Shown here one piece after another: positions 42,548 through 55,384 of a stretch of 64,000 nt of DNA. How positions within the stretch are numbered: the stretch's first letter is position 1; the number at the start of each line of letters is the position of its first letter. Under the pieces are notes generated by a model. The model did no database searches. It was not told the origin of the DNA and saw only the letters and a list, made by a program, of their open reading frames with translations. This DNA comes from Tubiluchus corallicola (Eukaryota > Animalia > Priapulida): NCBI GenBank assembly GCA_030141605.1, contig JAQGDQ010000488.1, positions 62,001 to 126,000 on the forward strand, written 5' to 3'. The position numbers and the translations under genes are program-made.

Positions 42548-43326
42548 CTTGCAAGGAATATGTTATGAAAGGAGTAAGGAATACAAAACGACAAATACAA
42601 ATACAGGTTTTTTGGAGTCCTCAGAAGGAGACTTGAGAGTCGAATGATGATGACAGCAGTAGCTCTGTAGAAACGTTTGACATAATTTTTTAACTATGTA
42701 AATTAAAATTTTTACTGAAGTTGTGGTGCTTTAACTATAAAAGAAAAAAAGTTTCTTTTGAAAGTTTAGAAAACAATGACAAAACACTGCTGGTTTCGAA
42801 CCCGAAACTATTTTTTAATAAAGCTCTGTAGGCGTATATAAATCCAGCAGTAAAGTATATTTGAATTTCATAACTTAATTTTTTTAAAAGACAAAACGCT
42901 AACTGCAAATTCGTCCAAGCTCAGATCAATGCAAATTAAACTTTTACTGCATACGCTGAATAGCTTGTATCGTTTTTTCTTAGAGATTTAACATACGCTT
43001 TGACACTGTATGACTAGAATAACCAGAATTTTATTGCAAATTTTTCTGTATTCACTACCGGGTCACATTTTAGTTTCATAAAATAAACTCCGTTATCGTG
43101 TTTTGCTTGGGGCCTTTCAATTTTGATCCTTTTATAATCAACATTGTATCCATACACAGATTATCAACTTTTATGCTATTCTGAGAGGGAATAGGTTTTA
43201 GGGCAGTGAGCCCTGACGGATCGGTCGTAATTCCTTTTACCATTGTCCAGATGATCACAACGGTAACCAGTATAAGGCTAGACAAATTAAGACTCTTAAA
43301 ACTTAAGGCTGTTAACAGCATTGTAT

Positions 43327-43783
43327 AGCCTCATCATTAACGTGTACAAATTTATGTAAACATGGCTTTTTGGGAGTGGTCTTACAAATGGGCTATAGGA
43401 AGTGTCGTAGGAAGTCCACCAGGTGTTGATGGTGGGATAAAAATGGCACGGTAAAAATGGCGCAAATGGAAAAGTAGGTAAAATGGCTCAGGAGAAAATT
43501 GCACAGGAAAAAATGGCACAAGTGGATAAGCAGGCAAAAACGGTACAGGAAAAAATGGCACAAGTGGGTAAGTAGGCAAAAACGGTACAGGAAAAAATGG
43601 CACAAGTGGGTAAGTAGGCAAAAATGACACAGGAAAAATGGCATTTACCTTGCCATTTTTACCGTGCACCCTCCCTACCATCAACACCTGGTGGACTTCC
43701 TACGACACTTCCTATGGCCCATTTGTAAGAGCACTCCCAAAAACAATGTTTACATAAATTTGTGCATATTAACGATGAGGCTA
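43327..43783. mobile_element. Foldback-type element with about 110-bp TIRs and an internal 42-bp tandem repeat
   Basis: TAGCCTCATC...GGAAGTCCACCAGGTGTTGATGGT mirrored by ACCATCAACACCTGGTGGACTTCC...GATGAGGCTA. Confidence 0.8.
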
Positions 43784-44805
43784 AAAATTCAGCACGCTAT
43801 TGTTAAAATAGAAATTTATCACAAAAAAGGATTCTGTTCAATTATCAATGAATTCAGCCCTGTACATAATCGATTTTTACATACATGATAATGTTCTATA
43901 ACTTAGTACCGTACAAGTGATACAGAAGCAATTATAACTGTTTATTCTGTTACGTTACATGACCTTAGCAAAGCCTGTCAACAAATGACATCAATACGAA
44001 CAAGTTCTTTACCGATTTCCTTGCACCTGAGCTTCGTGTTCGTGTTTTTCCTGCAAAAGGTAAATATAATTATTATGCATTGGGAGACACTGAGCTTTTC
44101 ACTACTGCATAGCTTGTGAACACAAAGGATTCGATTAGCAATGTCTATGCAGATTTTTAACAAACTCATTCAAAACAGCTATTGCTACTTTGGCGAAATC
44201 CTGCGTTTTTTAAATTTTTGGATAGAGTTATCTAACTTGTCTTGTAAATCTGTAAGTATATATGGAACACCTTCTTTTTTCGTGAAGATTCCTCGCGGAA
44301 TTTACATTAAAATTTACCACTTAATTACTTCTTTCTTGTTTAGCGAATAACGATAATTAACGTATTTCTGTAAACATTTATAAAATTTTAAAATGTCTTT
44401 TTTGATAGGAACGATTTTTTTGTTACGTTAACGCGACAGTAGCGGGAGTTTAAACTTATAAATTTCGCACAGCGTTATTGCTAACGCAAGCCGTGTATGC
44501 AATAAGACACTATGCAAGTGATACAAAATTTAAAAGGAATTTTAAAGCTTTATTTATGAATTTTGTTTTCTTGTGCTTTACGGAAATGCGTCCGATGGTA
44601 CACTGTATGATTAAACTGGTTTACGATTGTAGTTAAACTATTTTCACAGGGGGAACAGGCAATGGGGGCGGGGGTAATTGTTTTTTGTCAAATGAGGAAC
44701 GATTTTAGTCTCTTACGAAGAAATGAAAAACGTTAATGCTGATTAGATTAAAAGCTCGGTAAGTTAGCAACCTACAAAATAGAACGTACCATGTAAAAAG
44801 GTCTA

Positions 44806-44960
44806 CATAGACACAGACATAGACATAGAACATTTATTTTCTCCAATTAGTTTAACATCAAAAGTTTTTTAAATATTAAGTAATTATAATCATGGAGCAG
44901 GGCAGAGAAGGACCACAGGGTCATCTAGTCCCTGCCCTTTCTTGTAAATAGATTAGTATA
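44806..44960 (-). mobile_element. CR1/L2-type LINE 3' end, same family as 31198-31712
   Basis: Near-identical reverse complement of the gap-flanking sequence, with CTATGT tail. Confidence 0.7.
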
Positions 44961-45848
44961 TTAAAAATAAATGGTGAGGCTGCAGATAACAAAAACAAAA
45001 ACAAATAAGAAAAAATAATAATAATAAAAATAATATAAATGATACAAATTATCAAAAAAGAAGTGAAAACAAAAAATAATAAAGTTAGATACCTAAATCT
45101 AAACAAAACAATACAATTATTCAGTAATTAGGATTATTATATGTAGTAGTTTCAAATGCGGTCTTATTAACAGGGGAATTTGACCAAGGTTAGTGAGTAA
45201 AGTTAAAAAACTGAGAGTATGGAGAGATAAAATAAGTATCAAAAAGTGTAATATAGAAAAATTTAAGAGAAAAAGTAAGTATGAAAAAGTTACTCGCATT
45301 GAGAAATCTGTCAGAATTCTACGGATGAAGACTTCTTGCCTTTTTTAGAAAATAAGTCACGCGCTAAACGATTATTGTCGATCTGCCGCATAGATAAGAT
45401 CAATTCGCTTATTATTAGCTAATGTGAAATTCCGGGGATTCGTCACGCTTTTGATGGTTTTCTGTTGTCAACAATACAGCTTGATGGAAGGCGAAAATGC
45501 AACGTGTTTTTCGTGCGTTTCATAAAACCGTCAAAAAATCGGCTGTGCCACAATGTCGGCGTTCTAAATGGCCATTCCACAAAATAAAAGCTACGGCAGC
45601 ACAAACACGAATTAGCAATGAAATAGCAGCAAACTAAACCCGTAAAAAGATTATTATAAAAAAGTTGAATGCGCAATACATTTTGCCTGCCAGTCGTCTT
45701 CTCCTTGTTTGTAAATCACTTTTGTCTTGTTTGTTGGTGCACCAAGCACCAGGTAAACCCCTTGCATTAAAAACTGTCAAAAGGTCGTAAGATGTGTGTT
45801 ATAAGCGCGAAAACGTTTACATTTAGAAAATTTAATTTATAACGTTAA

Positions 45849-46336
45849 AGGAAAACCGTATGATTGTGTAAATATTAGTTCAGAATAAAGAATGCTCTAA
45901 AATATTGAAAAGCACAATGTATTTTTTAAATCAAAGCTTAGATTAAATAATGATTACCTCGGATACGCAAAATTTGTTAAACTTTCAAAGCTACGCGCGG
46001 CTCAGTGAATCTACTAAGATTGGCAGCGGCGCCTTTTTGTCACATTCATGTGGCCGAGAAATAGAAGGCGGTACATTGATAACTGTGGTCATGAATTGCA
46101 GTGTTAGTTTCTGACGTCATATGATGTAGAGCCCATTTTCGTGACATCACGAGTTTAAACAGTAACACATACGCAAGCGTGCTTGACGTGGAAGGGAAGA
46201 TGCCTGCCATTGCACAAACTGCGGTTAGTTTTTGACATAAGCAATAGCTGTGTTCGGCTACCGTTAATTAACTTTCTAAGCTAATTATTGAAATATAAGA
46301 AACAATTGCCAGTCTAAACAGTCATCCGGTTTTCCT
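45849..46336. mobile_element. Kolobok-like MITE
   Basis: TTAA|AGGAAAACCG...CGGTTTTCCT|TTAA. Confidence 0.72.
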
Positions 46337-47130
46337 TTAAGTATATCAACATTTGGTGCTTCCAATTTTGTCAGCCGTTACAGTTGAATGAATTCCCTGC
46401 CTCTGTAAGAATAAGGACAGAGACGAAGCAGACAAACTCATGTTTGCTCCATCATTGCAACCTGAACCTCGAGGATTTTATCACGTTATAAGGCAACATC
46501 AATAGTTCACATTTCGGCAGAAATAAAATTGCCACATTAGCCATCGAAAGCTTTATAGTTTTATTACGACATGGCACCAACCAAGTTCTACGTTTCGGGA
46601 TTTGCTTATCATCAGCAAAACTATAAATCCTTATAAACACTGATAATATAGTTAGTACTGATAAAGAAACTGCTATCTAAGACACTCAAATAGAACCGTT
46701 TAGAGGAAAACAAGAAGATTTTTCATATTCTACCTCATTTCGAAGTAGAGTAAAAAAAAGTATGCATTTTAACGCTCATAATAATGATAAGGTGTTTCTA
46801 ATAATTGAATAACAGGTTAAAAACTCAGTTAACGGCCGTGCGCCCAATTAATGATGACGTCACAAATGAACATAATGTTCATCAGCACAAACATTTTAAG
46901 AGTGTGTTGCTTGTGTTTGCCTGGATTATTTTTCGACTAGCAATCAATACATGTAGTATTACCATGCATTGTAGGATTTGTTAATATTAAAAATTGAATT
47001 ATGAATAAATGATTTACGAATATTTGATTTATGAATATTCAAAATTCATTTATTAATATTAAAAATTCGATGCGAATATTTTAATATTAATAAGTGCGTG
47101 ATTTGTTAAAATTCCAAAATGATTTATTAA

Positions 47131-47735
47131 AGCGAAACCGGACCCAATGTTAAACTGTAGGTCAAGACTATTCTTTAAAATATTAAAGCGAAACACTATT
47201 TTTTCACAAATGATTTATGTGAAAGAATTATTACCACACAAACACAATTTCACGTTCGCGCCACTAGTTCTGCGCTGTTACATACATTTCGCCATTCGCT
47301 AGATAGACGGACAGTAGCGCCTGCATTTCGGAAAGCGCTACACAAAAAATAGGTGCTGTACCTCTGAGTTCAGATGTGTTAGTTTGTGATGAACTGCACA
47401 CGTTCGACAGCTCATGTACAGTGGTAAATTGAAATTTGAATTTTTACCTTAAAACTTGCCGAGTTTTAGTACAACACACTTACTCTCTAACAGTAGCACT
47501 GTACTTCAATTTTCTGTTTCGCAAACACGTGCAACACGCTGGTGGAATATTTTTGACATTTGAAAATTATATTAGTTTCTGAAAACGTCAATAATTGAGC
47601 TCCCCGCCGGTAATTAAGTTTTTAATCTATTATTTAATTATCAGAAACGCTTTTGCAGTATGATTGGTGTTAAATTGTGTACTTTTTACTGTACTTGAAA
47701 ATGGGGTAGTATATGAAAAATCATCCTGTCTTCCT
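47131..47735 (+). mobile_element. Kolobok-like MITE
   Basis: TTAA|AG...CT|TTAA; diverged inverted homolog at 55815-56407. Confidence 0.68.
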
Positions 47736-48289
47736 TTAACATTAGCTAATAATTAATAAAATTCATTTATTAATATTCAAAGATAAGTCTTGAATTCTAC
47801 TTTGGTGTTCTATATTTATAGAGACATTTAGACTCATAATTTTGCCTATGATGGCAATGGCATGACCAAATGCTGAAATGTACAAACTGATTGGTACAAA
47901 TCGTTACTACACCGTGCGTGATACTTTCAGTGGCTGATGTTGCTGTTTTGATTCTACTGAAATAAGATTTCCCAATGACAGAGTTAAGTCTACAAGTCAC
48001 TGGTCAAGTAAATCACTTTCTTGGTCCTTTGGACAGTAAGTTAACCAGTGCGTTGACCAAATGGTCGCGTTTTGGTCGAACACTGCTCTGCCAATCAGTC
48101 GATCAGCCAGCCATGAAGCCAGATACTATGCCAGTAAATCAGACATGCTTTTATTGCCTGTTATGCAGTAAGCTATTTAGTCAGTCAGTCATACGAATAT
48201 ACTAGTACAAATTCAGCATCGACTAACTGAGTCGAATTTTCGATCCGCATTTTAAGTTCAAGATGGCTGCGATATTATAAATTTGGAAA

Positions 48290-48951
48290 AAGGCTAAAGC
48301 ACTACAAATTCGTTATGAATCGTCATGTAGCTTTAGAAGAACATACCAGAAGGTTAAAGCACTACAAATTCGTTATGAATCGTCATGTAGCTTTAAAGGA
48401 ACACACCAGAAGGTTAAAGCACTACAAATTCGTTATGAATCGTCATGTAGCTTTAGAGGAACACACCAGAAGGTTAAAGCACTACAAATTCGTTATGAAT
48501 CGTCATGTAGCTTTAAAGGAACATACCAGAAGGTTAAAGCACTACAAATTCGTTATGAATCGTCATGTAGCTTTAGAGGAACACACCAGAAGGTTAAAGC
48601 ACTACAAATTCGTTATGAGTCGTCATGTAGCTTTAAAGGAACATACCAGAAGGTTAAAGCACTACAAATTCGCTATGAATCGTCATGTAGCTTTAAAGGA
48701 ACATACCAGAAGGTTAAAGCACTACAAATTCGTTGTGAATCGTCGTGTAGCTTTAAAGGAACATACCAGAAGGTTAAAACACTACAAATTCGTTATGAAT
48801 CGTCATGTAGCTTAAAAGGAACATACCAGAAGGTTAAAACACTACAAATTCGTTATGAATCGTCATGTAGCTTTAGAGGAACACACCAGAAGGTTAAAGC
48901 ACTACAAATTCGTTATGAATAGTCATGTAGCTTAAAAGGAACATACCAGAA
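48290..48951. repeat. 60-bp minisatellite, 11 units
   Basis: Unit AAGGTTAAAGCACTACAAATTCGTTATGAATCGTCATGTAGCTTTAAAGGAACATACCAG. Confidence 0.95.
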
Positions 48952-49423
48952 CGACTTGCACATCGACTGACGGAGGGACGATTTACGATTCCCTATTATG
49001 GATTCAAGACGGCGGCAAAAAACATTATTTTAGAGAAAAGCAGAAAGCTCAGAGCAAAGAAAGCGTGCAAGCATAAGTCAGTCTGTCTGTTCCTTATTTG
49101 GCCTTGAATAGTAAAGAATTGTCTCGATAAATCTGTCAGTTTTTCTGTGCCCGTCTTGCATCTCAGCTTAACCTATAATTTATTTCCTCGAAAATTTCCT
49201 CGAAACTCCATTCATTGTCTATCTCCTGAGACATTCAGCTTAACTGTACTGACATCTGCTTGATGTTTCTACGACTACGCAATATACGATATATAGTTAT
49301 ATTTATATCCCTGTGTTCAGTACTAAATAAACGTGACCTTGTCCAATAATCATGTTATTAAGATTCTGCTTAGTATTCTTGATTTACCTGCGGTTATTAA
49401 TATTATTTATTTATTGTTACTAT

Positions 49424-50091
49424 AGGTTTTACATGCCAAAAATAGACCTGCGTTAACTCAAATGTAGATTTAGGTAATTCAAATGTGTCTTGGTAACTCA
49501 AATGTAGACTTAGGTAGTTCAAATGTGTTAACAATGGTTTTCAAGAAATCGTTTTTGGTAAGTCAAATGTCGACACATGTCAAGTCAAATGTGACATTGG
49601 TATTTCAAATGTGGATAGGTGGTAAAGTTTAAGGATGTTAAATTTAATCTCCTTTAATCTTAATTTAATAATTGCTGTGAAAATAATAACTTTATAGGTT
49701 TACTAATAGTTCACTAATATTCTGTAAACTTTACATACCATTGGAACTGTTAAAGAAAATAATACATTCTTAAAACAAACAATGTTTCTTGAGAGAAACT
49801 AATTCATTAATGCAGTGCTAATGTATTACTTGAAAAACTAATTGGTGATTCACTGTTCTTTGGGAAGGGATAAACAACACATTTTTCAAAGTTATGAACG
49901 AGGTGATGACTATCTTTGGTTTATCTACAGTTGACTTACATAAGTCACATTTGAGTTACCAAAACACATTCGAATTTCCTCTGTCTACATTTGACTTACC
50001 TAAGTCACATTTGAACTTTCCTGTGTCTACATTTGACTTACCTAAGTCACATTTGAACTTTTCCTGTGTCTACATTTGACGTGTAAAACCT
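49424..50091 (+). mobile_element. MITE family A
   Basis: Both TIRs, AT flanks. Confidence 0.88.
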
Positions 50092-50519
50092 ATACTACGC
50101 AATATATAGATATATAGTTATATTTATAGCGACGACCATATATAGATTTTCAGCAATAGAAGCAAGCCTTACGCAAAATTAAAAAAAGTTGGACAATACT
50201 TTTTTATGTGGATTATTATGTGAACATGGTCATAACTGGTCGTAACGTTCGACATGTTTGTGTCGAAATAAAATGTCGTGTCTTTGTTTAAAATGGTTGC
50301 TGGCTGTTATTCTCATTTTATTGACTTGTGTTCCCATCACAAATCAGTTTCTTAAAAGTTTCATATGTTAGAACAATGTGTGAAATCGGCCATTCTATAG
50401 AATGTCTAGGCATTTTATAGAGTGCCAAAATAAACCAGGTAAAGTGTCTAAAATAGTTCCTTCTACACTTTTCACATTGCCACTGAACATTACACTGAAC
50501 TTGTATACTCTTTAGTGTA

Positions 50520-52341
50520 TTAGCAGCTGCATGACAATACGATACAACGTCTTGAGCCAGTGAAGTCAACGCTTTGGTTTCCTAGAGTTAAAGCAAAAGC
50601 CAAGTTGCTTGGGAAATTGAGTTTATTGTAATATTTGGGGAAAATGCTAGAAAGTTTTATCAATGAAACTGTGACCACCTTCTCGCGCTATTAGCAAAAT
50701 CAGTTTACAGACGCGATCTGTGGTGATGGAGGTAGGGGATGGTGGGTGGAGTTGAAGCTTGGCGCGCTCTTTTTGAACGAAAAATGGCGTCATCAAAATG
50801 GCGTCATGCAATATAAACACTTATTCCGGCAGGCGCTTGAGTGAACTTATTTTGCAGCTACACTTACAATTATCAACTATAAACGATCCAAAACGTTGAG
50901 CAAGAGAACATGAATTCTATTTTTTGCTTTTGATGAACCTCACTGCCCATTATGTAATGAAAACCAGTTACCAACTGTAACATAATAATCTCAAAGTACA
51001 TAGGTTGTTTAAATCAGACAAAGTAACAGAATAATTATGTTAACAAGCTGAATCTGGACGCTAGGTAAATAAACAGCCCGGCACCTACTGCATGAATGAA
51101 AGCTTGTAAAATTCCATGCTTATATGTCACGTGTACTACTTACGTAGTTTAGGGTATAATCATGTGGATTAAAGCCGTATAAGCACATTAAGGTTACTGC
51201 AAAATGATCCGAGGAGTAATTTTCACGTAAACCAAGTTATACAAGAAAAGTTAGACAGGTATAATATTGAGGAATTTCTGAGAGAACTGCAGAATCTTTG
51301 TTACGTGGTGTGGAAGTTGGAATTGTACATTGTAATTAGGTGCTTCCATCTATGTGCTAATCTTGTTACATTCTACCAGCTGACTTACCTTCAGTATAAT
51401 TGTATGGTCCAGTGACTACATATACACTGGTCCTCTCCCTATCTAACATTAATGGTTGTTGTGAAGCCTGTGCAATTCTGCATAGGTCAAGTTCTATACA
51501 TGTATACTGGCTGTGAAACAGGTTTTACTGACTGTTTTTGCTTTCTAGTTTTTGCTCAATGTTCAGTGCAGCAGTTTTGCTACTCATGTTTTCTGTAGTT
51601 TAATAAACACTTTTCTGCTGTGTGCAGTGCAAATATTTATTATAGATTTTTGGTTCCTATTCATACTTCTCTGTGCCTAAACTCAATCATAACAAAATGA
51701 CTGAACAACAACTTCAATAATGACTTTCACACGCCTTCGTGCTGTCCACCACCTTACGTCATTTTTTTCAAATACGCCCACAGCAAAATTCATTTAACGG
51801 CTGATAAGAATGATTAATATTTCTTTAGCAGTTTAAGCAAGACATTTTACCTGCATATATTACGTGGTAATTTCAATATTTGTAAGTGTCTTTTAAAATA
51901 CAATGAATGTGGTACGTAAGTTGGTTTTCAGTAGAGTTCGCTCCACGAATGCTCAGCTATTTTTCCTCGTGACACTAGGTCCGCCAAACTGTTTGCATAA
52001 AATTCTCCCCTGTAATTTACAAGACTTCTTTCCCAGCTTCCGAACAAAAGGAAAAATTACCGCCCCCGTTCAATATGTAACTTAATACATTTGACATTAG
52101 TGTGCCCAGCATTTACAACAGGATTTATTCTCTTTTCAATGCTCGGTCTCTCTGTGTAATTGTTTTCGAATTGTCGCAATATATACGACGGTTCATAATT
52201 GTTGGGTGGTTGTAGACTGCAAGCCTGGAGAGAAAATTTTATTGCTGACTTGATGAGTGATCTTTCGTGGGAGTTGAACTTGGAATTATCCAGTTGCCAC
52301 AGTTGATGAATTGTGAATGACATTTTAGACAATTTGTTCAT
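50520..52341 (-). CDS. Putative Cys-rich, cystine-knot-like protein (3 exons, >=154 aa, ends CIVLSCSC-stop); 5' end uncertain
   Basis: complement(join 50520-50581, 51389-51510, 52061-52341); canonical sites CG|gtaatt, tgtttcacag|, AG|gtaagt, tttaactctag|; phases 2 and 1 match; AATAAA on minus at 50317-50322. Alternative internal acceptor at 52225-52226. Confidence 0.62.
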
Positions 52342-52461
52342 GTGTAGTCCATTTGTAATTATTATGATTACTCAACAATCACAGCCGACATTAACTTCTG
52401 TGGCTGCCTGCCATAAACACAGTTGATGCAGGAGATTTCTCTTTTCGTAACATGAATGAAT

Positions 52462-52462
<1 letters not shown>

Positions 52463-52497
<35 letters not shown>

Positions 52498-52995
52498 AGA
52501 TTCGAGGCTACAGCTCCGACGACGGCACCATTTGCGGTGATATATATATCAAACAAAAGGTCTCGATCTAGTGTCGTCTCATTGGGGGTTTATTTTTCGA
52601 ATCGGGCCCACCGGGATGAACGGAGGGCGAAAAACCTCCAAAAATGGCCATTTTCGGCCGTTTTTTGCAAAAGTTATACCGCTAAGATCTGAAGAACGGG
52701 AACGGGCCGAGGGGGGTGCTGGCTACGGATAGATAGCCCATTCAGTGGCGGGTGTAGTAGGCCTATTTAGAATTCGCGACAGGGCCACGGCGTCCCGTGA
52801 CGGACGTTTTCCCAGACCCAACTCGCGATTTTTTGAAATTTTAACCAAGCAGCATGCGGAAAAAACGTTCTAGCGACGCCTGGTGGGACTTTCGAGAGGC
52901 GATATATAGCACTTCAGAAAGAGGAAGAACAGGGCTACACGATGATGTGGGCTATATTTTAGGACATGTCCACCAAAAGGAGTAGCGAGGAGTTA
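52463..52995. mobile_element. GC/CpG-rich insertion adjoining (TA)n; probable non-autonomous element fragment
   Basis: Abrupt composition shift next to a TA microsatellite; no second terminus recognised. Confidence 0.4.
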
Positions 52996-53495
52996 ATTAG
53001 ATGTTCTATTTTTGACAATTTTAGCTTGTAAAACTGCTGACGCAAAGCCGTTGTTCTGACGTCACCCATTATACTCTGTCTATAAGCTTATAACTTTAAT
53101 TCAGTAAAAGCTGCTGCTACTGGATTTGCGTTAAGTAAGTGAACAAACACTAGGTAGGATGTTTGCGTATTTTTGATCATACGTGTATTTATACGCAAAT
53201 TTTTTGCGGGGCCTTTGCTAGTGGAGAATTAATTATATACAAAGGATTTTAAGGCATTTTTAAGGTTAGTCACTGTCACTTCCGTCTCTTTGTGGTTTTT
53301 TCTTCCGTTGTTTCATTTTGTGTGCGTCATGTATTATGTATATGCAGCTAAATGCATTTGTAAATGTTACTAAATGTACTATTTGTACTTGATGTACATA
53401 CTAAATGTACTTTTTACACGAATAGATAATAAGTAAATAAACAACTAAATGGTACCACAATAAGTTCATCATACTGTAATAAGATGTTTTGTCAT

Positions 53496-53881
53496 CAGGG
53501 CCGGGTTATGACCTTTGTACCTCTAGGCTATTATAGTTATGAGCCCCCCCCCTCAGACGAAGCCACCCTCTAACTCGCTCCCACCCGCCTTGAATGTATT
53601 CGTGACATGTTTTAGCGACATCTATGTAGCTTGAAGTAAACTTATTGTAAATTCTTGAAATCAACTAAAATAGCTGTCTTTTGTTCATCTATAAAAATAT
53701 TCTGTATAAGAATAAGAAATATAACTGTTTTACTATTCATTGCAGACCAAATTAGCCCATATTTCAACACAGTGAAGAGAAAACGCAGCCCTTTTACCAA
53801 CCGTTACCAAAGCTTGGTGGCCCTAAATTTTAAGGGCCCTAGCCTGGAGCCTATATTAGCATATAGGATAATCCGACTCTG
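53496..53881. mobile_element. Old hAT-like MITE (family C)
   Basis: CAGGGCCGGGTTA...TAATCCGACTCTG termini; homologous to 811-about 2093. Confidence 0.6.
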
Positions 53882-54047
53882 TTTGTCACATGTAATAGGT
53901 AACCAGTAAGGTAATAAATTACATTGATAATCGAGTAATTATATTACACAGTCGGTTTTTAAAACATTTATCTACATTTTGTTACATTGTCATTTGTAAC
54001 ACTTCATGGGCTACGCGCACGGATTCCCGTCCGCTATTATCTACCCA

Positions 54048-54327
54048 ACGTTACCTCCAATCACTCCTCTGACTTCACTTATACGTTACCTCCAATCACT
54101 CCTCTGACTTCACTTATACGTTACCTCCAATCACTCCTCTGACTTCACTTATACGTTACCTCCAATCACTCCTCTGACTTCACTTATACGTTACCTCCAA
54201 TCACTCCTCTGACTTCACTTATACGTTACCTCCAATCACTCCTCTGACTTCACTTATACGTTACCTCCAATCACTCCTCTGACTTCACTTATACGTTACC
54301 TCCAACCACTCCTCTGACTTCACTTAT
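54048..54327. repeat. 35-bp minisatellite, 8 units
   Basis: Unit ACGTTACCTCCAATCACTCCTCTGACTTCACTTAT. Confidence 0.95.
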
Positions 54328-54359
54328 GCATTAGTAAGTTCTCGTTCTAACGCTAAATG

Positions 54360-54840
54360 ATATTGATTAGATTTTTAGATTAGATTTAATAGATTTATTT
54401 TGCAATAAACATATACATATACATTACATGTGCACCGATAATCAGTTTTTGTTAATACAAAAATATGATACAATTCATGAATTCTGCGCTAGAGACCTAA
54501 GAAGCTAGCTTATGGTAGGCCACTCGAATTAGTTACGAAAAAAATTACAATATATACAGATACAATATTACAATATATACAAATATAAATACGGGTGGGA
54601 AGTAATAAAAGTATTATTATACTAGAGGGGAAGTTTTTGAAAATGAAAAACAACAAATCATGATCGAGTGATCAGTTATATGTTTCAAGTAAGTTTAATT
54701 TATAATTTTTTTTAAATATGGACAGCGAGTTGGCATTTTTAATAGCTGGAGCAATTGAATTCCATATGTAAGGGTCATTGTATTTAATAGGAAATTTTCT
54801 AACATTTGTGTTGCATTGTATGTAGTGATAGTTGTCTATA
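54360..54840 (-). mobile_element. L2/Crack-type LINE 3' fragment
   Basis: Minus frame CNTNVRKFPIKYNDPYIWNSIAPAIKNANSLSIFKK, typical ORF2 C-terminus. Confidence 0.6.
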
Positions 54841-55135
54841 ACGTGTGTACTTGCCCTTATTGTAAGTTTGGTTTCCTCACGTTTTAAGCATTTTCAGTTT
54901 TGCAAGCTAAACGATTTCTAGTCAAGAAATTTGCTGTCCAAAGAAGCCCGTCATCTCAGTTTGTATGTATCAAGTAACGTCGTTTCACACATGTCAAAAC
55001 TTTGCAGTTATTGTTATTCGCGAGACGTTCGTTAATCAACGTTCAATTTTACACCAACATAACTCTGTGTCTGATTGACGTAACACAACATTTACACCAG
55101 GGGTTTCTCTTGTAAATTTCTTTTAAGTTCAAATA

Positions 55136-55345
55136 GTAAATAATAAATAATAAATAAAATAATAAATAATAAATAAATGATAAATGATAAATGATAAATG
55201 ATAAATGATAAATGATAAATGATAAATGATAAATGATAAATGATAAATGATAAATGATAAATGATAAATGATAAATGATAAATGATAAATGATAAATGAT
55301 AAATGATAAATAATAAATAACAAATAATAAATAATAAATAATAAA
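55136..55345. repeat. (ATAAATG/ATAAATA)n heptamer repeat
   Basis: Seen directly. Confidence 0.95.
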
Positions 55346-55384
55346 TCAAGCCTATGTTTTTTTAATTTGTGGTGTCACACATCC

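Noticed and set aside
43978-44250. Exon-like minus-strand pieces with good acceptors
   Set aside because: All frames close quickly and cannot be chained into a gene
48315-48815. 166-aa ORF with 20-aa repeats
   Set aside because: Product of a 60-bp minisatellite; later units carry stops
50318-50569. 83-aa ORF in the track
   Set aside because: Out of frame with the phase-1 terminal exon; mostly 3' UTR of the Cys-rich gene
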